64,000 bases of DNA, taken from positions 60,202,001-60,266,000 of the forward strand of contig OX597826.1 of the NCBI GenBank assembly GCA_951406725.2, read 5' to 3'. The notes under the pieces were generated by a model. It worked only from the letters and a program-made list of their open reading frames with translations. It searched no databases and was not told where the DNA came from. This DNA comes from Octopus vulgaris. Taxonomy: Eukaryota. Numbering within the stretch: the first letter of the stretch is position 1; every line of letters starts with the position of its first letter. Of this stretch, positions 25,682-37,668 are shown in pieces. The position numbers were made by a program, and so were the translations under genes.

Positions 25682-25830
25682 ATTTATCGACCGAAGAGAC
25701 ACATCTGCACCGTCGGATTCTCCTGAACCATTTGTTAAGTATCCCACCAGTGAGGGATCGATACTGGATGTGTCGAAACGACTGTCGTGATTAATAACAA
25801 TTCTCGCTTCTTCTATCTTTCGTCTTTCAT
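25682..25830 (+). repeat. Right arm of inverted repeat pair (partner 24575-24720)
   Basis: See partner arm. Confidence 0.85.
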
Positions 25831-27051
25831 TCACCATATACTATATATATGAGTGTGAGTGTGTGTCTGTGTGTGTGTATGTGTGTGTGCACAATATGGA
25901 GCACACATACACAAGGTATATGTTTCGTCAGATCATGGGCAGGGAGAGGCAACGAACGTAAGAAAATATATTCTCATCAATTCACTTGGTGTTATATACA
26001 TATAATCAAAGGTGTTGGAAATGCACTGGGATATGTTAAGATTTTTAATTCTAAGTTTTTAAAGATGTAAGTGGTTTCTCTGATTTTCAAAATTTTAGAC
26101 AGAAAGACGTGGAGCTGTACTGCAGACACACGCACGTTTAAACACACGCACACACATGAACACACACACACCCGCACACACACACAAACACATACTTCAT
26201 AGATTTAAAACATATCCGTTCGCGATTTTATGTTCTTTCTCTCTCGTTTTAATTTTTCTTTTTACACTTTTTGTGAAGATTAAAAGACAGAGCTACGTGA
26301 AAAGCACCACATATTTGTCTACTCCCTACTGAGGAACTTTTGTGGAATTTTTCAGAGTTTCCCTTAGAAATATCTATTTCTCTTTGCAACCAATTATATA
26401 TTGCCATGGCTCTTTTATTGCTAGCCATGCAGAGTCAATTATGATGTAAAGAAATTCCGTGTTAGATTCGAGTCTATTTATTTGATGTTTACATAAACTA
26501 TTCTACATAGTAAGATAAATAAAGAGGATATAGACTACACACATTGATTCGTTTTGTTTTGTTTCTTACTAACTATAAATTCCTACCATTTGCACTGAAG
26601 AAAGAATTGTGAACTGTGTAACCCTTACTTATTTCAAATGTGTTACTCTAACCTAAGATTGTTTCAAATTTAAGATGCATCGTTCTTTCGTCGCACCAAG
26701 AACTTAACTCTCGTTCTGAAATTCTTTCGAAAAGTTGTTTTTATACATTAAAATATATTTTCATCTTGATCGTGAACTCTACAGCATTTCTTGTATGTTC
26801 TGGTAATTTAATCTCGTTTCAAGATTCCTATACGGACTCGATGAGGACTAATCCCCTTGTTTACCTCATATCTCGGATCCCATTTCCCGCTTTGGCATTT
26901 TCGTTAACTGCTTTGTAACATAGACTTGCATCGAATGAAACCTTTGGATTTATATACTGAAGTTTAAAAACGTAAACAGTTTTGACTTACACATATGTAT
27001 AGGGATACACGTACATATAGGCGTACATACATACCTATATATATATATATA

Positions 27052-27774
27052 TTCTTCTTTTTCCTATTGTCGTTTCTTCCTACTCTGGTTGTTATAGATC
27101 GCTAGCCACTATACATTCTTTATTTTCTCTCCTTGCTTCTTTCTGTGGAAGAGCGTAGGCTCGAAACATTAAAGACTTTTTCATTTCCCGAGCGCTAAAC
27201 TAATACATCTGTTTGCTGTCTACACCAGCTCTCTTCGTATTTTGATATTTTAAATGAATTCTCCCCGTATATTACACGCTCACGTGTTCGCGCCAGTTGA
27301 TCCTGTCTCCTCTCATTACTCAACGAAATATTACATCTTCTACACTGGGCTATTCTACCTGGATTCCCTACCTGGACTTTCTACTCTCATACACTTCAGC
27401 TATACCTCTCCTGCCCATGGATTACACTAGACTCTCTGTTGATGAAAAATCGCTCCAATACACCACAACGTTCGAAGCTTTTGAATCTTTTGAACTTTAC
27501 TTAACTTTTTTGTACTTTCTAAACTTTTTTTGCACCTTCTGCTTTTTCCTATAGTCGTTTCGTCCTACTGTGTTTATTATAGATCGCTAGCCACTACGCG
27601 TTCTTTATTTTCTCTTCTTGTTTCTTTCTATGTTCCTTTGTGTGGAAGAGCGTAGGCTCGAACATTAAGGACTTCTCTTTTCCCGAGCGTTAAACTAATA
27701 CATATGAGTGATATCTATACCACGTGTCTTCGTCCTTTGTTGTTTTTTTTTGTGAATTTTCCCTATATATATAC

Positions 27775-27825
<51 letters not shown>

Positions 27826-27862
27826 TAGACAGATAGATAGATAGACAGATATATAGATAGAT

Positions 27863-27920
<58 letters not shown>

Positions 27921-28118
27921 TATGTCACCATGATAGATCGTTAGCCACTACACACATTTTTTTCTCTCCTTGTTTCTTCTGTGTCCCTTTCTGTAGAAGA
28001 GCATAGGCTCGAAACGTAAAATACTTTTTCTATTCCTGAGCGTTATACTAATACATCTGTTTGCTTTATACACCGCCTGTCTTCGTTTTTTGTTGTTTTT
28101 TTTCGTAAACTCTCCCTA
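27052..28118 (+). mobile_element. Family E partial tandem array (three terminal-repeat copies, one internal segment)
   Basis: GAAGAGC(G/A)TAGGCTCG at ~27148, ~27645 and ~27996; internal 27280-27540 matches 37400-37632 on the minus strand. Confidence 0.8.
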
Positions 28119-28719
28119 TATATATATATATATATATAGATTGCAGAGCATGCATCTATCAATGCAAAAAACTTCATAGCATGATAAATATGTCGAAGCA
28201 ACAAACACGTAGTAGTATAGACGTTGCTGGATAAGACGGAACACGTTTCTTTGATACTTTTATGTCTCACAAACTATCTTTTACTAACGCACTCTATCAT
28301 TATTGCACACATTTCGTAATATTTTTCTACTTTGGTACAAGATAAAACTTTCATTTTCACAGTTATTTTGTAGCTTGCTTGTAGAAAAATTATGTAGTAA
28401 ATATTAGTGCTTAACTTTGAGCAATGTTATTAACTGAGATGCATGAACAGAACAAAGTGAAATGAAACAAAACTGCAAAGGTAAATAAAATCTACGCCGT
28501 ATTTATTCAGTTTATTAGTATTTCTTTTTTTTCTCAACGTTCCATATGATTTGTGCAAAGTAGCCAGAAGGGAAGTGAGGGATGTTTCAGTAATCAGTCT
28601 CAAGGATGAAACGTTGGAAATGGACTCTTAACATTTTTTATTATAATCTTAAGATAATGATATACTGATTAGTGTAACGTAGGAAGAAACATCGTAGCAG
28701 AAGCAACAGACTTAACAAC

Positions 28720-28777
28720 GACAGCAGCAGCGACAGCAACAGCAGCAGCAGTAGCAGCAGTAGCAGCAGCAGTAGTG

Positions 28778-28824
<47 letters not shown>

Positions 28825-29153
28825 GGTGGTGGTGGTGGTGGTGGTGGTGGTGGTGGTGGCGGTGGTGCTAGTGGTGGTGCTAGTGGTGCTAGTGGTGGTG
28901 GTGGTGGTGGTGGTGCTAGTGGTGGTGATGGTGCTAGTGGTGGTGATGATGGTGGTGGTGGATTTGGTGGTGGTGGTGCTAGTGGTGGTGTGATGGTGGT
29001 GGTGGTGGATTTGGTGGTGGTGGTGGCTATGGTGGTGGTGGTGGTGGTGATGGTGGTGATGATGGCGGTGATAGTGGTGGTGGTGGTAGTAGTAGTAGTA
29101 GTGGAAGCAGCAGCAGCAGCAGCAGCAGTGGTAGTAGTAGTAGTAGTAGTAGT
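28720..29153. repeat. Mosaic trinucleotide repeat (GCA)n/(GTA)n/(GGT)n
   Basis: Direct reading. Confidence 0.95.
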
Positions 29154-29660
29154 GTTTTTGTCAATATCATCTTTCATCAAGTTCATCTATGATGGAATGT
29201 ATACCAGTGAAGAAACTGATGTGTTATTGATACGTAACGTATCTAGGATTACTCTTCAATGTACACACCCTACTTTTAAGATCTCAAAAATGTGATTTAG
29301 GAGAAAAGTTGATGCTTAGGCTTACAGGTTTATGCGGCTGATAAAAATTAGTATGGCGAGGGAAATGTTAATAATTAACCCCGATTATGCAATCGAATTT
29401 ATTTTTACATTAGCAACTCGTTATTTATTCACTTCAGGCTTATACATTTAATTACCAGAATGAATTAAACTTACTTCAGATTCTTAGATTAAAACTGAGC
29501 GCATCAGCCAATTTTAGAGTAAGACGCTTTGGTCAGTTTCGATGTCTATGACAAGATATGAGTCGGTGTCACTTCCGACTCTTCTTTGACTCGTATTTTC
29601 CTCCTTATTCTTTTCCATTTTTCCATATCTTTCATTCTATTTAAATGTTTGTTTTAGTTA

Positions 29661-29881
29661 TACTCTTACTCACTTTTACTTGTTTCAGTCATTTGACTGC
29701 GGCCATGCTGGAGCACCGCCTTTAGTCGAGCAAATCGACTCCGGGACTTATTCTTTGTAAGCCCCGGGACTTATTCTATCGGTCTCTTTTGCCGAACCGC
29801 TAAGTGACGGGGACGTAAACACACCAGCATCGGTTGTCAAACACAGACACACATACAGCGGGGACAAACACAGACACACAA

Positions 29882-29912
<31 letters not shown>

Positions 29913-30088
29913 CACACATATATACGACAGGCTTCTTTCAATTTCCGTCTACGAAATCCACTCAGAAGGCATTGGTCGGCCCGGGGCTATAGCAGAAGAC
30001 ACTTGCCCAAGATGCCACGCAGTGGGACTGAACCCAGACCATGTGGTTGGTTAGCAAGCTACTTACCACACAGCCACTCCTGCGCCTA
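29661..30088 (-). mobile_element. SINE family A (young subfamily) with small internal duplications
   Basis: Full head to tail; CCGGGACTTATTCT and CAAACACAGACACACA each duplicated. Confidence 0.92.
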
Positions 30089-30400
30089 TTATCTTAATTT
30101 CTGTTTGTTTGTTTGTTTTTTATTTTCATCATTTTTTATTCATTTAAAGTCTACGGGATACTCAACCAAATTTATTTAGAAAACAACTCTATTTCAGTAT
30201 GCAAATCTTTATGGTTTCCTAATATTACACTTCATACATTTTTCTGATTTTTTATTCTCTTGATCTTTTAATCATATTGGATCAAATATTGTTCTTCCTC
30301 TGAATTTTATTGACCAGCTGTCATCGCTTGTTAAAAAGAAGTCATATATGGTAACCTGCAGTATTGTGTTAACATTAAATGTTTACAATATATGAGACTG

Positions 30401-30446
30401 ACTGCTATCTTTAGTGAGGCCATAGGCCTCACTAAAGATAGTCAGT
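30401..30446. repeat. Perfect 17-bp stem hairpin
   Basis: CTATCTTTAGTGAGGCC-ATA-GGCCTCACTAAAGATAG (30405-30441). Confidence 0.92.
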
Positions 30447-30500
30447 TTTAACTTATCATGAAGCGTTTGGAAGACAATATGTTGAATTAAAGCACACTTA

Positions 30501-30950
30501 CATACTCTTTTTACTCTTTACTCTTTTACTTGTTTCAGTCATTCGACTGCGGCCATGCTGGAGCACCGCCTTTAGTCGAGCAAATCGACCCCGGGACTTA
30601 TTTTTTGTAAGCCAAGTACTTATTCTATCGGTCTCTTTTGCCGAACCGCTAAGTGACGGGGACGTAAACACACCAGCATCGGTTGTCAAGCAATGCTAGG
30701 GGGACAAACACAGACACACAGAGACATGTGGTTGGTTAGCAAGCTATTTACCACACAGCCACTTATATATATATATATACATATATACGACAGGCTTCTT
30801 TCAGTTTCCGTCTACCAAACCCACTCACAAGGCATTGGTCGGCTCGGGGCTATAGCAGAAGACACTTGCCCAAGATGCCACGCAGTGGGACTGAACCCGG
30901 AACCATGTGGTTGGTTAGCAAGCTACTTACCACACAGCCACTCCTGCGCC
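30501..30950 (-). mobile_element. SINE family A (young subfamily) with ectopic internal head fragment
   Basis: Full length; extra CATGTGGTTGGTTAGCAAGCTATTTACCACACAGCCACT at ~30725-30763. Confidence 0.92.
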
Positions 30951-30984
30951 ATATATATTTTTTATTACTCTGTTATTGTTTTAA

Positions 30985-31219
30985 ATGTTTCAGTCATTTG
31001 ACTGCAGCTATGGTGGATCACCGCCTTTTAGTCGAAGAAATCCACCCCAAGACTTATTTTTTGTAAGCTCGGTACTTGTTCTATCGGTCTCTTTTCCCGA
31101 ACCGCTAAGTTACGAGGATGCAAACACACTAACATCGGTTGTCAAGCGATGGGTGAGGGAGAAGAAACGTAGACAGAAAGACATACGTAAATACACACAC
31201 ATATACGCACGCACACACA

Positions 31220-31302
<83 letters not shown>

Positions 31303-31440
31303 GACGAGCTTCTCAGTTTCCGTCTACCAAATTCATTGACAAGGCTTTGGTCGCCCCGACGCTATGGTAGAAGACACTTGTCCCCTGAACCACAGAACCA
31401 TGTGGTTGGGAAGCAAGCTTCTTACCACACAGCTAACCCT
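30985..31440 (-). mobile_element. SINE family A, older copy
   Basis: Similarity to family A with more substitutions and deletions. Confidence 0.88.
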
Positions 31441-31441
31441 A

Positions 31442-31506
<65 letters not shown>

Positions 31507-31765
31507 ATGACAGACAGACATACAGAGACAGAGAAAGAGAGCGGGAGGGAAAGAGAAGGAGAGAACAGCGTAAAAGGTAGGAATTGAAATCATTTCAATT
31601 TCATAACAACCGGTTATGAGGTAAGTACGAATGTAGCATAGGAAAAATGCGTAGGTGTACGATAAAAGGAGGTGAGAGGCATCCTAAGTTTCAGTCAACG
31701 GCTTGTTGACTTCCCTTGTTTTAACCCTGTGGTGGTTCTTTTTCTCATTCAATACCATAGATCAT

Positions 31766-32153
31766 CATTGTGGAGGCGCAATGGCACAGTGGTTAGGGCA
31801 GCGGACTCGCGGTCGTAGGATCGCGGTTTCGATTTCCAGACCGGGCGTTGTGAGTGTTTATTGAGCGAAAACACCTAAAAGCTCCACGAGGCTCCGGCAG
31901 GGGATGGTGGTGATCCCTGCTGCACTCTTTCACCACAACTTTCTCTCACTCTTTCTCCCTGTTTCTGTTGTACCTGTATTTCAAAGGGCCGGCCATGTCA
32001 CTCTCTGTGTCACGCTGAATATCCCCGAGAACTACGTTAAGGGTACACGTGTCTGTGGAGTGCTCAGTCACTTACACGTTAATTTCACGAGCAGGCTGTT
32101 CCGTTGGTCGGATCAACCGGAACCCTCATCGTCGTAACCGACGGAGTGCTTCC
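31766..32153 (+). mobile_element. tRNA-derived SINE family C (tail type 1), full length with 12-bp TSD
   Basis: A box TGGCACAGTGG, B box GTTTCGATTTCC; ACCATAGATCAT at 31754-31765 and 32154-32165; CpG-rich. Confidence 0.93.
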
Positions 32154-33623
32154 ACCATAGATCATAGATCTGCTGCTTATAAAACTGTCATCAATGAGGA
32201 GAGCGCCGTAAAGGAAATCCTAAGTTTTTATTAATGATCTTAACTGCTTCTTGTTAATTAAATAACACTTATAAACATATAACACAACATAAATTAGAAG
32301 TATGAAAATTACTTTAAATATCAAACATTTAGGAATTTGCACAAAACGGTATGAACATTGTGATTCGCTCAATTGATATTTAGTGTTCTTTTCGTTAGAT
32401 TCCTTCCTCCACGCTACGATAAACATGAACAGCTGGCCAAACACAATTAGTCACACGTTATTTGCATTTGTCATGTGAAATCATGTGTTAGTGTGTTAAT
32501 TATATCTGGCGTATTATTGTATACACAATAATTATAGTTTCCGAAGTCAACTACCATAGCAAAATCCCATAAATAGTACATTACCGCAACACCCTGCAAC
32601 CAGCTTCTTTTTTTTTAAAGATATGAAACTGGCCATGCCATTCAGCGACGTATTTTCGTTGAAGGCTTCGTATAAATAACTTCTGAAAAGATTGCAGGTG
32701 TTATTGGAATGACAATGATTGTGTAACAGAGAATAACTGCCATACAATATATATCGTAGAATATTAATCATTACATTTTAGAGAGAGAGAGAGAATCGAC
32801 TTTAAATATCTTCACTGATAGTTCTGGAAGCTTAGACGCAGAAGAAGTAACGAGGCACCAATAAAAGGAAGTATTATTTTAAAAACATATAAACATATAA
32901 TAAGCCATCCATAAATTGCACCAAGCGGTTCAGCTTCTACATCGCTGTGTAAAGTAATGTATAATGGCAGCAGATATTAATTTATATAGAAGGAATGAAA
33001 CATTTGGAACATGCTGAAACGTTTTATCACAAATAAGTAAATGTCTTTTATATTCAATTGCAGCGCAAACAAAATGTGTTATCTCTCTTAAATCTATTAA
33101 ATAAATCTACGGAGGAACAGAATAAGACAAAGGAGATATTTCTCACTAAGAACGTGTAACTATAAAATTATAGTTTTCTCTTTTTCCACTCTTTGCTCAA
33201 TCGTAGATCTAATTTTCGATGTTTCCTTACAATCCATATCAACTGGTTCTACACGGATTACGCTGAAAACAACTTGACTATAATTACCAGTTCCGCCTAG
33301 GATCATGTAGTAATGTGTCAAAAATGAATTACAAATTGTACATTAAAATTACGGATAAACTTACTTCCGTAACGTACACAAGTGGAGTTATATGTGGAAT
33401 CATGAGTATGAGACGGCATTCTGAAAGACAAGAAACATTCCATGTGTAAGGCCTTTGTAAAATATCTAAATGAATAACAAACATACGGCCATAAATAGAA
33501 AATAACTATATTGAATATCAGATAATGAAATCTCTTTAGGACACTAAAATAGGTATTTCTAAACCTAACATTCGATTTTAATGTGTTATATATATTTTAG
33601 TATCTATCTTTCTATCTATATAT

Positions 33624-33722
<99 letters not shown>

Positions 33723-33813
33723 ACTATCTACATATCTATCAATCAATCAATCAATCTATCTATCTATCTATGAATCTATCTATATATATGTATGTATATA
33801 TATATTTATATAG

Positions 33814-33846
<33 letters not shown>

Positions 33847-33848
33847 TA

Positions 33849-33903
<55 letters not shown>

Positions 33904-33914
33904 GAGTGTGCGCG

Positions 33915-34149
33915 CGAGAGTGTGCCTGCGTTTGTCCCCCTACCATCGCTCCCCAACTGATGTTGATGTATCTACGTCCCCTTAACTTAGCGGTTCGGCA
34001 AAATTAACCGATTGGATAAGTACTAGGCTTACAAAGAATGAGTTCTGGGGTCGATGTATACTCTTTTACTCTTTCATTTGTTTTAGTCATTTGACTGCGG
34101 CTCTACTGGAGCACAGCCATTAGTCAAAGAACTCATTCTTTGTAAGCCT
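33915..34149. mobile_element. Rearranged SINE family A 3' half with inverted tail
   Basis: 33915-34056 in + orientation, 34059-34149 in - orientation; 22-bp perfect inverted repeat. Confidence 0.85.
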
Positions 34150-34263
34150 TGTCCTTATATAAGTGTGCTTGTGCGTGTATGTAAATGCATTTATATATGT
34201 ATATATTAAGACACTCACACATACACACAACTATATATAAACGTATCTATATGTATTCATGTG

Positions 34264-34302
<39 letters not shown>

Positions 34303-34683
34303 CCACACACACATAATAACACGCACGCACACACACACACACACACACATGGTTTTACATTTGTGTTGCACGCGCGTTTATGTGTGTAAGTGTAAGACAT
34401 AATGTGTGACGGTCCTTTTGGATGCAAGTATGGAAGCCTTTTCATTATACGCTAAGATACCTTTGTTTTAACATGGCCAATATCTCATACCACGGTCCAC
34501 GTAATTGGACAAAGCCGCCATCTTCAATCACCTTCCACGCCAGTTAATTAATCTATAGACACCATCAAGACATGTCTGTACACTTGTATACTATCCTCAA
34601 CGCATTCGGAAGTACATGCATCACTTACCGCAGCGATCATTTTCGGAGACAACAGCTTCACACTATGATCTGAGTACATGTAC

Positions 34684-34722
<39 letters not shown>

Positions 34723-34808
34723 TGTGTGTGTGCATAATATTTATATATATATGTATATATATACTATATATATATATACATACGTATATATATATAGGTA
34801 TATATATG

Positions 34809-34870
<62 letters not shown>

Positions 34871-34957
34871 AGAGAGAGAGAGCGAAAGGATAGATAGATA
34901 GATAGATATATATATAGATAGATAGATACATATATATATATATATATATACGTATAT

Positions 34958-35018
<61 letters not shown>

Positions 35019-35809
35019 CAGACAGATAAATAGGTTGACAGACAGACTGATTAATTCATAGATAGATATATAGAGATACATATACATACATATACATATA
35101 TATGCATGTGCGTGTGTGTGTGTGCATGTATCTATCTATCTATCACACTCTCTCTCTCTATATATATATATATTGATATATATATGCATATATATGCCTA
35201 TATAGTTATATATTATACTTGATTTTACTTGTTGCTTTAGTATATTCTTGAATGATTCATATTTTCATATTTGCATGCAGGAGCTACTGACCCAACCCAC
35301 ACACCAATTAAGCTCACACAGTCACCTTCACTTCACCATCTACATAAACACATTGCCAAACATATTCACACACACGCACACATACACACACACCTATATC
35401 CAGCTATGCATCTGCGTATCGACTCATTTGAATCTACTAACGATCTGCTCTTCTCTTATCATTTTCATCATTTTTATGCATCTCTATGCCATTCTGCTGA
35501 CACTTACAAGCAAAGCAATGTGCTTAATGATGAAGTCAACAGCTATAGATGTGAGTTTCAATTATTTTGTGCAACACTATATTGCCTGTTGGGATTATTA
35601 CAGCGACCTGTTCATATTTCAGTTAAAATAATTGGATAATGGATTTCAGAGGAAATTCGTGAAGTGTTCATTAATGGAATCATGAATCACCAGCGTATTA
35701 AATATGCGTTGAAATATGGTGCTTGTTCACATATGCATATGAGTGTTTATATATGTGAATGCTATACATATGTCTATTTGTTTTCAAAAAAATAAAAAAT
35801 GATCTAACG

Positions 35810-36165
35810 AGGCGTGGCTGTGTGGTAAGAAATTTGCTTCCAAACCACATGATTCCGGGTTCAGTCACACTGTATGGCACTTTGGTCAAATGTCTTCTAT
35901 TATATCCTCGGGCCGACCAAAGCCTTGTGAGTGGATGTCTGTGTGTATGTATGACTACATTTCTGAGTTTGTCCTCCCGCCGTCACTTGACAACTGATTC
36001 AGGTTTGTTTTCGTCCCCGTAACTTAACCTTTCGGCAACAGAGACCGGTAGAATAAGAACTAGTCTTTCAAAAGAATAAGTCTGGGGGTCGATTTCCTCG
36101 ACTGAAGACGGTGCTCCTGCATGGCCGCTCTCAGATGACTGAAGCAAATGAATGAAAGAATGAAA
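35810..36165 (+). mobile_element. SINE family A with internal deletion
   Basis: GGCGTGGCTGTGTGGTAAG...GGGTTCAGTCAC head and family A tail. Confidence 0.88.
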
Positions 36166-36239
36166 CAATATGTAAAAATCCTTCCACATACAGACAAACT
36201 TACAAGTCATGTATAATTGCTCATGTATGTACGTATACA

Positions 36240-36600
36240 TATATCACCTTGACCGACCAGTCCGTCAGGCGTCCATTTGACACCGCTGGTCATAGCACGC
36301 TGTCCACTCCTCTCTGGATCGCGCCTTTCGACAACTGCGCGGTTCCACCGATTATCGGTGAGCCGGGCGACGTGTCCAGCCCATCTAAACTTGCTGTGTG
36401 TATACTCTGCGATGACATCCCTCACGACGGACTTCTTTCTGATTATCTCGCTACTGACGTGCTCTCTCAACGAGATACCAATCATTGACCTTTCCATGGC
36501 TCTTTGAGCCGTTACCAGTCTCTGCTCTTCTCTCTTTGTGGTAGCCCATGTTTCAAACATTGCAGGTAGAACCGTACTGTTGATGAGGTTGAAAAAACGA
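36240..36600 (-). mobile_element. 5'-truncated RTE-clade LINE (ORF C-terminus and 3' tail)
   Basis: STVLPAMFETWATTKREEQRLVTAQRAMERSMIGISLREHVSSEIIR...KFRWAGHVARLTDNRW, a characteristic RTE post-RT region. Confidence 0.9.
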
Positions 36601-37081
36601 GTTCTCAATTCCATACTATGTATTAGCAATATAATTTATTTGGGCCGACGCATTTTAATGATACTCCGCCACTCCGAGTTTCGCCTGTGAGTGCACAGTC
36701 TTCAGGCAAATTATGGCTGATGACTTGCAACAGGTTCCTGTGCGCACACAAATGAAATCAGAGACCTACAGACTGACTCCACCTGAAAAAAATATTACAG
36801 AACTGTGTGTATGTATGTATGTGAGTGTGTGAGTGTGTACGCTAATTCTAAGGCGTACCTTAACATTTTGCTGTAATTAGTTACACATTTGGAACTGTCA
36901 ATTTTAGTATTAGGTTTCCAGAAATTCTACTTTCATTTTTAATCTATGTATCTATCTATCGATCGATCGATCGATAGATCGATGGACCTATGTATCCTTT
37001 TCTCTTGAATATTACTATATTTTCTATTTGTAGAATGATATATTAAGCTGTTATTGTGACTCACTCACTCACACACACACT

Positions 37082-37139
<58 letters not shown>

Positions 37140-37149
37140 GACAGACAGA

Positions 37150-37629
37150 GAATTCACAAAAAAGACAAAAGACGAAGACAGGTGGTGTAGACAACAAACA
37201 GATGTGATAGTTTAACGCTCGGGAAGTAAAAAAATGTCTTTAACGTTTCGAGCCTACGCTCTCCCACAAAAAGGAACACAAAGAGAAACAGAGAGAGAAA
37301 ATAAAGAATGTGTAGTGGCTTGGGTCTATCATGGCGAATGCCGGACAGAGGGGTTATACATGAGAGTTAGGAAGAAAGGGAGATAGAAAGAACCAAAAAG
37401 TTTAGAAAGTACAAAAAAGTTCTAAAACGTTGAAAAGCTTCAAAAGCTTCGTCGTGGTGTATTGGAGCGATTTCTCATCAACGGAAGAGTCCATTGTAAT
37501 CCATGGACAGGAGAGGTACAGCTGACGTGTTGGAGAGTAGAAAATCCAGGTAGAATAGTCCGAAGTGTAGAAGGTGTAGAAAATCCAAGAAAAGTTCATT
37601 GGGAGACAGGATCAACTGGTGCGACCACG

Positions 37630-37632
<3 letters not shown>
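37150..37632 (-). mobile_element. Family E copy (internal segment plus terminal repeat)
   Basis: Reverse complement of 27280-27770, including GAGCGTAGGCTCGAAACGTTAAAGAC. Confidence 0.8.

Positions 37633-37668
<36 letters not shown>

Noticed and set aside
28641-29295. Poly-Pro/Thr/Val ORFs resembling formin, extensin or mucin
   Set aside because: Pure trinucleotide repeat, open on both strands, with no flanking domain or splice evidence.
31769-31850. Possible tRNA gene (also other SINE heads)
   Set aside because: A/B boxes are present but there is no proper acceptor stem, and the sequence continues into a SINE body with a TSD.
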